A DNA stretch of 28,615 bases from a virus (lineage: Duplodnaviria; Caudoviricetes), in the IMG/VR virus record IMGVR_UViG_3300032093_000643, positions 1-28,615 of that record. One strand, written 5' to 3'. A program made the position numbers and the translations under genes. Numbering within the stretch: position 1 is the first letter of the stretch; the number at the start of each line of letters is the position of its first letter. Shown one piece after another: positions 10,001-18,377 of this stretch. The notes under the pieces are model-generated. The model was not told the origin of the DNA. It did no database searches and saw only the letters and a list, made by a program, of their open reading frames with translations.

Positions 10001-11708
10001 GAGCTACAAGATAAGAGACTCAATCATCGGCAGAGATTTTAATCTTGGCAACAGGGTAACAACAGTAGCTGCTCAAGACTATAAAGAGTCAAGACGTTTT
10101 GCTGACATCACTTATAGTGGTGTATATAACCCTGAGACCAATGTCAATAAGCTTAATGAGTTCAACGGAGCATTGCTTAACTACAAGAACCTTGAGCTGT
10201 CATTTGGAGCAGTATACATCCTTGATGGCAGAGAGACTGACGTGTTAGTCCTGCAAGAGGACAAGGTGTCATACGTCCTTGCAGGAAAGAACCTATTATC
10301 TGATGCTGCTGCCGGTGGTGCCATAACCTCAGTCCCTGAGGTATTGGGTACACAGATAGCGAGAGTCGAGAACTACGGCATAAGTTTCAATCCTGAGAGC
10401 TACTCTAAATGGGGCTATGACAAGTTCTTTACTGATGCCAAAAGAGGGGCAGTAATACAGCTTAAAGGCAACTCATACTCTAATGAGCAGCTTGCAGTTA
10501 TCTCTGATATGAACATGAGGACATGGTTTAGAGATGAGTTCATTGCAAGGTTCAATAACCAAAAGCTCGGAGCGTTTGACCCATATATGAACGAGTATGT
10601 GCTGACGCTGAACGACAGAGAGATACCGATGGAGGAGGAGTGTATTAAGTGTGGTGTCACTAGAACCTTTACATTTGCTCAGGGTAAGATAGCATCTGAG
10701 GTGAATTTCTGTGTAGACTTTGCAACTAAAGTTGGGCCTGTAAATGTGGATTGGTTAGTTCAAAGTATTGATGTGGACGCTGACTTTGTTATTGACGTAG
10801 AGTACGATGGTACTACTTATACGTCAGGGCTACAAACCTCATCAGGGTACTTTGACTTCTTTAAGAATACCCAATTACCATCTACAGGAACGGTTACTAT
10901 TACAGCCACAGGCAATGTTGTGATTAGCGTAACTATTGGATGCCCAGTGCCTATACCAATGACACTTGTAGAGGTTGTACTCACAGATGACTGCGATGCA
11001 GGCCTGACGACACTAAAACAATTTAATTATGTCAATGGGACATATACTTCGCCCACGCAATCTAATTTCTTTATCTTTGCGTCAGGGACGAATAACCCAT
11101 TGGTGTCATACTATCTTGCAACGAATGGATTTGAGGGTCAGGGTAGCCTACCACCAGAGGGAGCGTTAATGACGTTACAGATAAATGAGACACCGCCATA
11201 TGTGTCATATAACTTTGACCCAGGACAGAATAAGTTCAGATACGCAAGGACAACAGTGCTATATGGCAATAATGATATTGATATGCAGGCAATGCTGGCA
11301 ATATCAAATATAGCTACGCCTATACTTAATCCATCAACTGGTATCTATAATGCTACCTTTACTGTGCCACCAACATTAGACGGTCAGTACTTGTACGTTA
11401 TATGGGATTTAAGGTCATCAATTGGCGTAGAGCTTTGTTATGACCCTGAGTCGTTAGAGGCTGTGTGCTGCGAATGCTTACCATGTACAGAACTATGTAA
11501 CTCATATTTGTTTCAAAATCCGTCAACAGCAACTGAGGATGCAATTATAGAGTTTCCTCTTGGCTTATGCGGATCGCCTGAGACACACACAGAGACTCTA
11601 GCTCCTGGTGCATCAGTAAGCCTATGCATACCAAATGACAAAGACAATTATATCATTTTACAAGGCAGTCCAATTATTTATATGGAGAGTTGTTTTTGTG
11701 GAACTTAA
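7032..11708 (+). CDS. Tail stabilisation/muzzle protein (P22 gp10-like), N-terminal and main part, with a Cys-rich C-terminal extension
   Basis: 1558 aa. Motifs GRMNKTFDERVVPDGEYIDAMNVR, LFWTDDYNQPR, FAYRYKY, LYDNVPRLAKAQ, GNRLMYGNY, SLHSNRDYEIGIVYMDEFGR, FGNGAESYKIRD, YGISFNPES and GAFDPYMNEY are characteristic of this family. Confidence 0.78.
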   Translation: MANFTRNFIAGRMNKTFDERVVPDGEYIDAMNVRMGSTEKSEAGVIENTNGNLPLTALTYIDGTPLSTDARCIGAINDSARETLYWFVHDPNSKTSPTGKLDLVVSFNMVSQVLTYHIVSVNDGGVVNTTLNFNPDYLITGVDIVEDLLFWTDDYNQPRFININRGYANPDALGVDYNGQPDLLAETILVIKKPPTEAPTIELIEVDGQENYLEDRFLCFAYRYKYVDGEYTATSQWSEIAFEPSSFQFSTNSFLNQGMENKYNAVNVSFNTGGPLVVGIDLLYKDATGNIIKVIERFDKQNAGWTDNTIQTYLFVNNKIFTILPESELLRLYDNVPRLAKAQTIMGNRLMYGNYVDGYDIVDSNGQDVRFDYTTELVSQFIGTNDIPSSTSDSSLPLSNTAFNPCSPPCTRPNTQLDIDLTGIPLLQGRILAFDITFNTFSTLGYDVSCSFTFTLPVNYSSPYQLATSIEFQQAIGTAANIKPIYNPIPGGDDSCDGLTFTDIYNCAWPQFLSLFAYNGIKYESGITANGQPIAITASPSSNIISLQFLAILYYDYTQTPPYDIVGLFGNIKNASVQLQDLSSQKSLHSNRDYEIGIVYMDEFGRSTLTNVSSLNTVHIPCSYSSLVNSITVTIPTTQVAPYWAKRYKFVCKANQAGYETIYSSIFFTNSSTQETYFLLQGENPRKVEEGDRLTVKADSEGPMQTCVFATVLEKEAKQSGFDPLITPTPPAGVYMKIKANGFSVNPLSYSTIEFGTLTAVSSTSGTSPILAYPMSLEDPSNPGFYIPYSVDAGTVIVFDIRFERTGFGGNACEKRIYTLKKTYVSSSNYANMQDWFINDNIASTLNDGDQEVGGGACPVNNVFIPTNGTITSGQLCDNYWRFYLHPITGALELYMSGTWACGSTQKRKSRVIANIIVFRTAESIIFETQPIDTLPDVFFENELSFPIDANGNHLSNGAPGDQSQDISLGVPAIIQTGFFNCFAFGNGAESYKIRDSIIGRDFNLGNRVTTVAAQDYKESRRFADITYSGVYNPETNVNKLNEFNGALLNYKNLELSFGAVYILDGRETDVLVLQEDKVSYVLAGKNLLSDAAAGGAITSVPEVLGTQIARVENYGISFNPESYSKWGYDKFFTDAKRGAVIQLKGNSYSNEQLAVISDMNMRTWFRDEFIARFNNQKLGAFDPYMNEYVLTLNDREIPMEEECIKCGVTRTFTFAQGKIASEVNFCVDFATKVGPVNVDWLVQSIDVDADFVIDVEYDGTTYTSGLQTSSGYFDFFKNTQLPSTGTVTITATGNVVISVTIGCPVPIPMTLVEVVLTDDCDAGLTTLKQFNYVNGTYTSPTQSNFFIFASGTNNPLVSYYLATNGFEGQGSLPPEGALMTLQINETPPYVSYNFDPGQNKFRYARTTVLYGNNDIDMQAMLAISNIATPILNPSTGIYNATFTVPPTLDGQYLYVIWDLRSSIGVELCYDPESLEAVCCECLPCTELCNSYLFQNPSTATEDAIIEFPLGLCGSPETHTETLAPGASVSLCIPNDKDNYIILQGSPIIYMESCFCGT

Positions 11709-11717
11709 AAATAAAAT

Positions 11718-12650
11718 ATGCCAACACAACAAACATTTTATCTAAATTGCCCAACACTAGCGTCAGCGACAACAGTGTTCTTGGACCCAGGACTTACTAC
11801 AGTAGCTCCTGATGGGTACTACTTTGATGGCACCACAGCAAGACAACAAGTTGGGGGTATATTATTTCCTGCTGAGGCCTGTCCTACTTGCGGCACTGAG
11901 TGCAAGGGCACAGTAGAGGCACCATCCCTACAAGGCGTTTATACCATCACATTTGATGCAGGTAACACACCAACGTCAGTGGGGGCTGTTATAATCACCA
12001 TAGCTGTAAATAGTACAGTCAATGGTATAAAGGCTGTTTATGACTCTGTTACATATAACCAATTAAGCTCTCAAGGCTATGGCTATCTCGCTGGAACACC
12101 AAGCACGTCATATACCTACATAGGAGCATCGCCAAATGACTGCATTGTCGTTGGCACTCCTGTGAGCCTTGACCTATATGATTGGGATGGAACTACATAC
12201 ATCCCTGTTGGGACAACTAGCGTTACGGTATCGGCTGGTGAGATGCAGCTAACCGCAGGCAATCCTGACCTATGCGTAATGGTGATACCAAAAACAAATG
12301 CTACCGAACGATATATCAACGTGACAATCGTAGGGATATGTCCTGACTCTGAGGCTGTTGTAGGTATCTCATGCCCATTGGAGCTTCCATCATTCTTAGG
12401 CACTTATGGCGTACCAACAGTATCGCCCGAGTTCTTCTGTAATTTCCCATACAACTACACCTACTATGTGGCACCTGTTAATGGTGATGGCATCACACTA
12501 GGGCTATACGATTGGGTGTTCTTAGATAGTAGCGGAGCGACAGTACTGCCAGATGGATACTATAGGGCATTGCCAGTTCCGGCGCCATACGACACGTTCC
12601 AAGTACAAGACGGAGTAATCATTGCATTCCATTCATATTGCGCATCATAA
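11718..12650 (+). CDS. Putative tail fibre/decoration protein, Cys- and Thr-rich
   Basis: 310 aa, beta-rich. Has a duplicated terminal motif (VFLDPGLTTVAPDGYY near the N-terminus, VFLDSSGATVLPDGYY near the C-terminus) and lies within the tail module. Confidence 0.55.
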   Translation: MPTQQTFYLNCPTLASATTVFLDPGLTTVAPDGYYFDGTTARQQVGGILFPAEACPTCGTECKGTVEAPSLQGVYTITFDAGNTPTSVGAVIITIAVNSTVNGIKAVYDSVTYNQLSSQGYGYLAGTPSTSYTYIGASPNDCIVVGTPVSLDLYDWDGTTYIPVGTTSVTVSAGEMQLTAGNPDLCVMVIPKTNATERYINVTIVGICPDSEAVVGISCPLELPSFLGTYGVPTVSPEFFCNFPYNYTYYVAPVNGDGITLGLYDWVFLDSSGATVLPDGYYRALPVPAPYDTFQVQDGVIIAFHSYCAS

Positions 12651-12660
12651 AAAATAAATA

Positions 12661-13539
12661 ATGGGAAAAGACCCTATAACTCCAGTTGACCCCTTAGATC
12701 CAGGCCCAATAATACCTGTCCTTATTGAGGACTTCTATACACTATCTTTCAGTAATGCTGTATCGGGATGGGTGTCATTCTACTCGTACAACCCTGATTG
12801 GATGATAGGAATGAACCAATACTTCTACACGTTCAAGGGAGGTAATCTGTACAGGCATAATGTCAACAAGAAGAAAAACACATTCTATGAGCCTTGGTGG
12901 ACCATTCTCAGTGACGCTACCGCAGCATTTACGCCAACAAGAATGACGAGTGTATTCAATACAGTTCCTCTTGAGAATAAGTTGTTTAAGACGCTTAATC
13001 TTGAGGGCGATGCAACGTGGAGCGCGATACTATATACTGACATCCAAGACTCAGGGTATATCCTTGATACTTGGTTTGAGAAGAAAGAGCAGTCATATTT
13101 CGCATTTGTCCGTAATGATGCAAGCGGTGAGTTGGCTATTCGCAGTACAAATGGTATCGGTAAGAGCTATCAGGTGAACGTAGCAGGGGACACGATTGAC
13201 TTCTCAATATCACCGCTAGTTGACCTTGGCAATATTATGAGCATTGGCGATATGCTATACTTCACATTACCGCCATCAACAACTCAGTACTTTGCAGGGC
13301 AAATACTACAGATAAATAGGAATTATAAGCTTGGTATCAATCAGATTGTCATCGACATTACGATACCTGGCACTACTCCGATACCAGTACAAGATGCCTA
13401 CTTCTTCTACACCAAGAACTCAGTGGCTGAGTCGCATGGTGTGCTTGGTCACTATTGTGTATTTGAGATTACAAATTCTTCTACATCAAAAATAGAATTA
13501 TTTGCTGTAGAGTCTGAAGTTATGAAATCTTTTCCATAA
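12661..13539 (+). CDS. Tail protein resembling the C-terminal part of the stabilisation/muzzle protein
   Basis: 292 aa. Motifs TLSFS..GWVSFYSY.P, FYTFKGGNLYRH, KLFKTLNLEG and FEKKE are ones I recognise from the C-terminus of single-chain muzzle proteins. Confidence 0.6.
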   Translation: MGKDPITPVDPLDPGPIIPVLIEDFYTLSFSNAVSGWVSFYSYNPDWMIGMNQYFYTFKGGNLYRHNVNKKKNTFYEPWWTILSDATAAFTPTRMTSVFNTVPLENKLFKTLNLEGDATWSAILYTDIQDSGYILDTWFEKKEQSYFAFVRNDASGELAIRSTNGIGKSYQVNVAGDTIDFSISPLVDLGNIMSIGDMLYFTLPPSTTQYFAGQILQINRNYKLGINQIVIDITIPGTTPIPVQDAYFFYTKNSVAESHGVLGHYCVFEITNSSTSKIELFAVESEVMKSFP

Positions 13540-13544
13540 TTTTG
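13537..13544 (+). promoter_or_regulatory. Bacteroidota-type -7 promoter element (TAATTTTG) overlapping the upstream stop codon
   Basis: TAnnTTTG match ending 5 nt before ATG 13550, at the start of the internal-protein block. Confidence 0.45.
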
Positions 13545-13549
13545 TGTTT

Positions 13550-13963
13550 ATGGAAGAGCTAACTATAAGACCATTGACAATGGAGGACTACGATGCCATA
13601 TTGGTAGAGTGGTGGAAAGAGTGGGAATGGACCCCACCAACAAGGGCATTCTTGCCTGATGATGGGACCGGTGGTGTTATAGTTTATGATGGCGATACGC
13701 CTATCTGCGCAGGGTTTATGTATATGACAAACTCAAAAGTGTCATGGGTAGATTGGATAATCTCAAGTAGGAAGTACACCAAAAAGCCAATGCGCAAGGA
13801 AGCGATAATGCTATTGGTATCAACTTTGACAGAGATAAGTAAGAACTTGGGAAACGAGTATTGTTACGCACTGATTAAAAACAAAAGTCTTATTGACACA
13901 TACAAGGAGATTGGCTATGTAAAAGGCGATGAGTATGTTGGTGAGATGATAAAAATACTATAA
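13550..13963 (+). CDS. GNAT-fold acetyltransferase-like protein (positional analogue of T7 gp13/P22 gp14)
   Basis: About 137 aa with a GNAT-like layout (LTIRPLTMEDY...GVIVYD..PICAGF...SKNLG...YKEIGY). Sits between tail and internal virion genes. ATG 13550 is preferred over GTG 13544. Confidence 0.65.
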   Translation: MEELTIRPLTMEDYDAILVEWWKEWEWTPPTRAFLPDDGTGGVIVYDGDTPICAGFMYMTNSKVSWVDWIISSRKYTKKPMRKEAIMLLVSTLTEISKNLGNEYCYALIKNKSLIDTYKEIGYVKGDEYVGEMIKIL

Positions 13964-13965
13964 AT

Positions 13966-14949
13966 ATGGCAGCAATTACAGGAGCAGTTATAGGTCTAGG
14001 CACAGCGGCAGTTACTACCGGTATGTCATTTGCTCAGGCAGCTAAGCAGAACCAATTGATGAAAGAGGCTCAGGCTAAGGCAGACCAAGCTATGAGCGAG
14101 GCTCGTAAAAAGCTAGAGGTAAACTACTACGACCAACTTGCAATTAAAAAGGAGCCGTATGAGCTACAGAGAGAGGCGATGCTCTCCTCAGGCGCTCAGG
14201 CACTAGAGGGAGCAAGAGAGGCTGACAGAGGCGCTGCGGCAACAGCAGGCCGACTACAGGCTATGCAGAACCAAGCACAGGCAGACATTAGGACTCAAAT
14301 GGGTCAGGAGTTGATGGCCCTTGAGAAGCTGTCAGCTACTGAGGAGTCAAGGCTTAGAGACGTAGGAGTGCAGTTGGATATGGGTGAGGCTATGGGTGCC
14401 CAGCAGGCTGCTGCTGACGCTCAGGAGGCAAGAACAGCTGCATTGGGTCAGGCATTCCAAGGCATCTCAGGAATGGCAGGATATGCTGCTGAGATGGTGC
14501 CATTGTATATGCAGAATGCAGCTAGCAAGCAATTTGGGAAACAGCAGGCTGAGTATAGTAAGAGAGCTGCTGCTGGGCAGTTGGGTGCTGAGTATATGAT
14601 TGATGGTAAGCCAATGACCTATCAACAGGCTATACAGAAAAAGTTTGGACTAGATGTAGGAGGAATGAAGCAAGCTGACTTTGAATCATATATGACAGGT
14701 AAGGGCAAAAAGTTTATCAATCAGTATGACTTGTTTGGATCCACACCTGTTACCCAAACGCAAACTCCACAGCAAAGACAAGAGGCTGAGATGTATATGA
14801 GAGGGACAATTGGGACTAGCAGTGTAAATCCATTTGCTCCTTATAATACAGGATTTAATCCATATTTACAGCAACAGCAATCAGGATTTGATATGCTTGG
14901 AGGATATTCTCCATCAAATGAAACATTCCCTATGCTTGATAGATTTTAA
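13966..14949 (+). CDS. Internal virion/ejection protein (T7 gp14/P22 gp7-like architecture)
   Basis: 327 aa. Gly/Ala-rich hydrophobic N-terminus (MAAITGAVIGLGTAAVTTG), A/Q-rich coiled coil and a second Gly/Ala segment. Follows the GNAT gene. Confidence 0.65.
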   Translation: MAAITGAVIGLGTAAVTTGMSFAQAAKQNQLMKEAQAKADQAMSEARKKLEVNYYDQLAIKKEPYELQREAMLSSGAQALEGAREADRGAAATAGRLQAMQNQAQADIRTQMGQELMALEKLSATEESRLRDVGVQLDMGEAMGAQQAAADAQEARTAALGQAFQGISGMAGYAAEMVPLYMQNAASKQFGKQQAEYSKRAAAGQLGAEYMIDGKPMTYQQAIQKKFGLDVGGMKQADFESYMTGKGKKFINQYDLFGSTPVTQTQTPQQRQEAEMYMRGTIGTSSVNPFAPYNTGFNPYLQQQQSGFDMLGGYSPSNETFPMLDRF

Positions 14950-14954
14950 CAAAA

Positions 14955-16427
14955 ATGAACGAAGAAGCAGTTAATCTTATATTTGATTGGGTAAAAGGTA
15001 GAGGATACCAAGGAAGTAAAGAAGAATGGCTAAATTATATTTATGCCAACGATGATGCCTTTAATTATATCTACGATATTGCAAAACAAAGAGGATATCA
15101 AAAAGACCAAAATTCTTTTGGTACACTTATAGGTAGAACCACTCCTGTAGCAACTACTGAGCCTGCTAAGACTGAGCAAACTACAATAGAGCCTGCAAAG
15201 ACTGCTCCTGCAAAGACTGAGGTTGCGACTACTATACCTGTTGCTGAAACGAAGCCAGCAGTTACGGTGAAAAGCGTAGAGGCTACACCTACTAAGGAGG
15301 AGCCAATGACTGCCGAGAAGAAAGAGGTTGTCAAAAGTGACATTGAGAGCCAGCTCCTTCCTGTCACTGAGAAGACTGAGGTGAAAGCTATCGAGACACC
15401 AAGTGACAAGATGGTGATCAAGTCAGAGACGAAAGCGGAAGTGAAGCCTACAGAGGTAGCAAAGGTAGAAGTAAAAGAGGTGAAGGCTGAGGAGCCTAAG
15501 ATGAAAGTAAAAGGTAAGCTCAAGCCAGAGCCAGTAAAGATAGAGACAATAAAAGTGGAGAGCGAGAAAGGCCCGACAACAGTAGAGGTTCCTAGCTTTG
15601 CTGTTCCTGAGCCAAGAAAGAAATATAAGCCTTATGGAGAAAAAGGTCCTGACGTGTACTACTCTGAAGAGTATGACCAGTATATTATTAAGGAGGGAGA
15701 CAACAGAACAGTAGTAAATAAAGGCTCAGGTAAGTATGAAGAGTTAACAAATAAAATCTCAGAGTCAGTAGGCTCAACAAAAGAAGGAAAAGGAAAATGT
15801 GACACTCCTCCTTTTGTAGGCTGTTCAAAAGAACAAACTGCACTTACTAATTTTAAATACTATAAAGGAGATAATTATGCTATGGGAAGTGGCAGAACCG
15901 ATGAAGGAGGGTTAATAGAAACATTAGATTATAGAAAAAATAGACTTGAAAAATATGGTGAATCAGTTTGGTCGCTTTATGGAGAAGGAGACGATCCAGA
16001 TAGAAAAACAGAAGGAGACATTTATTATGCAAATCAAGAACCTCCAAAGTCTGATAGATTTATAACATATAAACCTTTCGGGAATGACAAAACTTTAATA
16101 TATGACAAAGAATCAGGGATTATATTAAAACAATTAGACCAAAAAGCCCCAATGGTTGATCTCAGTGTAACTGGTCAAGTAGTTGACGAAAAGGGCAATG
16201 TAGTAAAAAAGGGTTCAGACCCAAGAGAATATTGGCAAAAATACGCAAGAGAAAATCCAAATGAGGGATTGACTGTTTGGCAAGGTTACGAGCTAGACCA
16301 TCCTGAATACAAAGAACTAAAGTCAATAATAGAAGGTGTAAATTATAAGAAAGAGAAGGGGTCGAAGAATACTTTTATAGTTCCTTCTACTGAAACTCAA
16401 TTTGTTCCTGATTGGTTAAAAAAATAA
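14955..16427 (+). CDS. Putative accessory internal/cargo protein: tandem N-terminal helical module, low-complexity linker, unknown C-terminal domain
   Basis: 490 aa. The N-terminal ~60 aa hold two x-R-G-Y-Q repeats, aa ~61-225 form a P/E/K/T/V-rich linker, and the C-terminal half is AT-richer and looks globular. Confidence 0.6.
   Translation: MNEEAVNLIFDWVKGRGYQGSKEEWLNYIYANDDAFNYIYDIAKQRGYQKDQNSFGTLIGRTTPVATTEPAKTEQTTIEPAKTAPAKTEVATTIPVAETKPAVTVKSVEATPTKEEPMTAEKKEVVKSDIESQLLPVTEKTEVKAIETPSDKMVIKSETKAEVKPTEVAKVEVKEVKAEEPKMKVKGKLKPEPVKIETIKVESEKGPTTVEVPSFAVPEPRKKYKPYGEKGPDVYYSEEYDQYIIKEGDNRTVVNKGSGKYEELTNKISESVGSTKEGKGKCDTPPFVGCSKEQTALTNFKYYKGDNYAMGSGRTDEGGLIETLDYRKNRLEKYGESVWSLYGEGDDPDRKTEGDIYYANQEPPKSDRFITYKPFGNDKTLIYDKESGIILKQLDQKAPMVDLSVTGQVVDEKGNVVKKGSDPREYWQKYARENPNEGLTVWQGYELDHPEYKELKSIIEGVNYKKEKGSKNTFIVPSTETQFVPDWLKK
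15159..15221 (+). repeat. Short coding repeats CCTGC(T/A)AAGACTG x3 (PAKT)
   Basis: GAGCCTGCTAAGACTGAG at 15159, GAGCCTGCAAAGACTG at 15189 and CCTGCAAAGACTGAG at 15207. Confidence 0.8.
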
Positions 16428-16437
16428 ATAAAATCAT

Positions 16438-18363
16438 ATGCCACCTAAGTCATATTTTGGTTACGTTGAAAGGGAAGCTGACAGTTATGTAAACTGGGCT
16501 GATGTCGGCAGGACAATAACAAATACTGTCGATGAGATTGACCGTGTACGCACCGAGAAAAAAGCCGCCATTGACGCAGCCTATAAGGAAGGACTACAAC
16601 GAATAAATGACATACCACAAGGTGAGAACAGGGTATTAAACGAGTTCTCAATAAATCTTGGGTATAACCAAGCAGAGAACCTTAAAATACAAAACAATTT
16701 ATTGAAGTCCGGCAAACTAAGCCCTAAGGACTTTGCCGTGTATTTACAAAATACAACTGACGACATTGACTCAATATATGGTACACTTACCAATGCTCAG
16801 CAAGTATTCAAGGAGAAGCAAGACAGGATGAAGGCAGGGGCGAATCAAGGTATTGAGGTGATAGATGCTATCGACTTAGAGAAATACGGCAACTTTGCTG
16901 ACCTGCAAACATTCTCAAACATAAACGGTAAGCTGTCATTTGGCGTTACTGAGGAGACAATAGTAGATGGACAAAAAGTTCGAAAAGTAAAACCTGGCCA
17001 AGAGAATATCCTATCAGTAGATATGCTCGTTGGTGCCATGAACAGAAAGTACGACAGGTATGACTATGTGAAAGATGCATCAGGATTCGTGGAAAGGCTT
17101 GGAGAAAGCATAATGTCATACAGGACTTTAGGAGATAGGATGAAAGCTGGTACTATTACAGAAATAGTGGACAAAACAGGAGAATTAGACCTTGTCAAAG
17201 CAGCAGAATATGGGATAACAGATCCAGTAGAAATAGACAGACTTAAAAAAGTAGTCGCTGATTTTAAGGAAGCAGAAGAAAAATACATAAAAGCTTCATT
17301 GTCAGAATATAATATGTCATCTATTATTACAGAAGAGTTAAATTATGAAGCAACATTTGATAAGACCTTAGCTGAGAAAGACCCTAAAAAGTATATGTAT
17401 GCGGAAAGACAAAGCAATGGTGTTATTAAGCCTATGCCTACTCCTGAGCAGGAAAAAGAAGCTGAAAACTTTATGAGAAATCAGATGCGTCAAATGATAG
17501 ACAAGAAATTGAACATCAAGACATATATAGACCAAGCACAAGATAAGCCCGAAAAATCTATACCACAACCAACCGCAGCTCAAAGTGCTAGACTTGAAGG
17601 TATTGAAGATGTACAAGGCTCAGCAAGATGGATTGGTCAATTATATAGCGGAGATAATAAGGTGAAACAAAACGCATTAGAAATACTTAGAAATGAAACT
17701 GGAGTAGAAAGTGCAAGATTTGTAGATATGGGAAATGGAGTTGTTGGATTAGAAATATCTAATAATCAAGGCAAAACATCAACAATAAAAATCTCGGATG
17801 ATATAACTGTAGCGCAATTCGGTAATGCAGTAGCAAGTGCAATATATACAGACACAGAGAATAGAAAAGTATTGAATAGGTATCAGAATAAATTTGACGA
17901 AGCTATTACTGCGCAGCACTCAAAATTTACTCCTATGGATACAGCTGATAAGCCCGATCAATATTGGACAGCTGTTGAAGTTAAAAAAGAAGATCCTTAT
18001 ATATTATTTGTAAACGAAAATAAAAAAACGGATGAGAATCCTAAAGGATGGTGGGGAGAAGCTTTTCTTGATATGCCTGCGGAAAATGTTGCAAATAAAT
18101 TAAATGATAATTTAAAAAAATATGGTGAATTTAGAGCGAGAAATACAACTGGATATTTTAGCGAAGTAACGGTTGAAAAACTTGATGAAAATGGAAAAGT
18201 TATTTCGTCCGTAAAAATTCAACCAAATTGGGGAGGAAAAAATGATAATAAAAGAGATAACAATATGCAAATATTGGAGAATTTCTTACAAGATAATATG
18301 ATAAATAAAGGCGGCTCAAACTCTACACCAAAGCCACCTAAACCGCCAAAACCAGGAGGATAA
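16438..18363 (+). CDS. Internal virion/ejection protein (T7 gp15-like position)
   Basis: 641 aa, helical. N-terminus SYFGYVERE...VNWADVG and a Pro/Lys C-terminal tail. Directly precedes the giant gene. Confidence 0.6.
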   Translation: MPPKSYFGYVEREADSYVNWADVGRTITNTVDEIDRVRTEKKAAIDAAYKEGLQRINDIPQGENRVLNEFSINLGYNQAENLKIQNNLLKSGKLSPKDFAVYLQNTTDDIDSIYGTLTNAQQVFKEKQDRMKAGANQGIEVIDAIDLEKYGNFADLQTFSNINGKLSFGVTEETIVDGQKVRKVKPGQENILSVDMLVGAMNRKYDRYDYVKDASGFVERLGESIMSYRTLGDRMKAGTITEIVDKTGELDLVKAAEYGITDPVEIDRLKKVVADFKEAEEKYIKASLSEYNMSSIITEELNYEATFDKTLAEKDPKKYMYAERQSNGVIKPMPTPEQEKEAENFMRNQMRQMIDKKLNIKTYIDQAQDKPEKSIPQPTAAQSARLEGIEDVQGSARWIGQLYSGDNKVKQNALEILRNETGVESARFVDMGNGVVGLEISNNQGKTSTIKISDDITVAQFGNAVASAIYTDTENRKVLNRYQNKFDEAITAQHSKFTPMDTADKPDQYWTAVEVKKEDPYILFVNENKKTDENPKGWWGEAFLDMPAENVANKLNDNLKKYGEFRARNTTGYFSEVTVEKLDENGKVISSVKIQPNWGGKNDNKRDNNMQILENFLQDNMINKGGSNSTPKPPKPPKPGG

Positions 18364-18377
18364 AATACTTTAATAAT

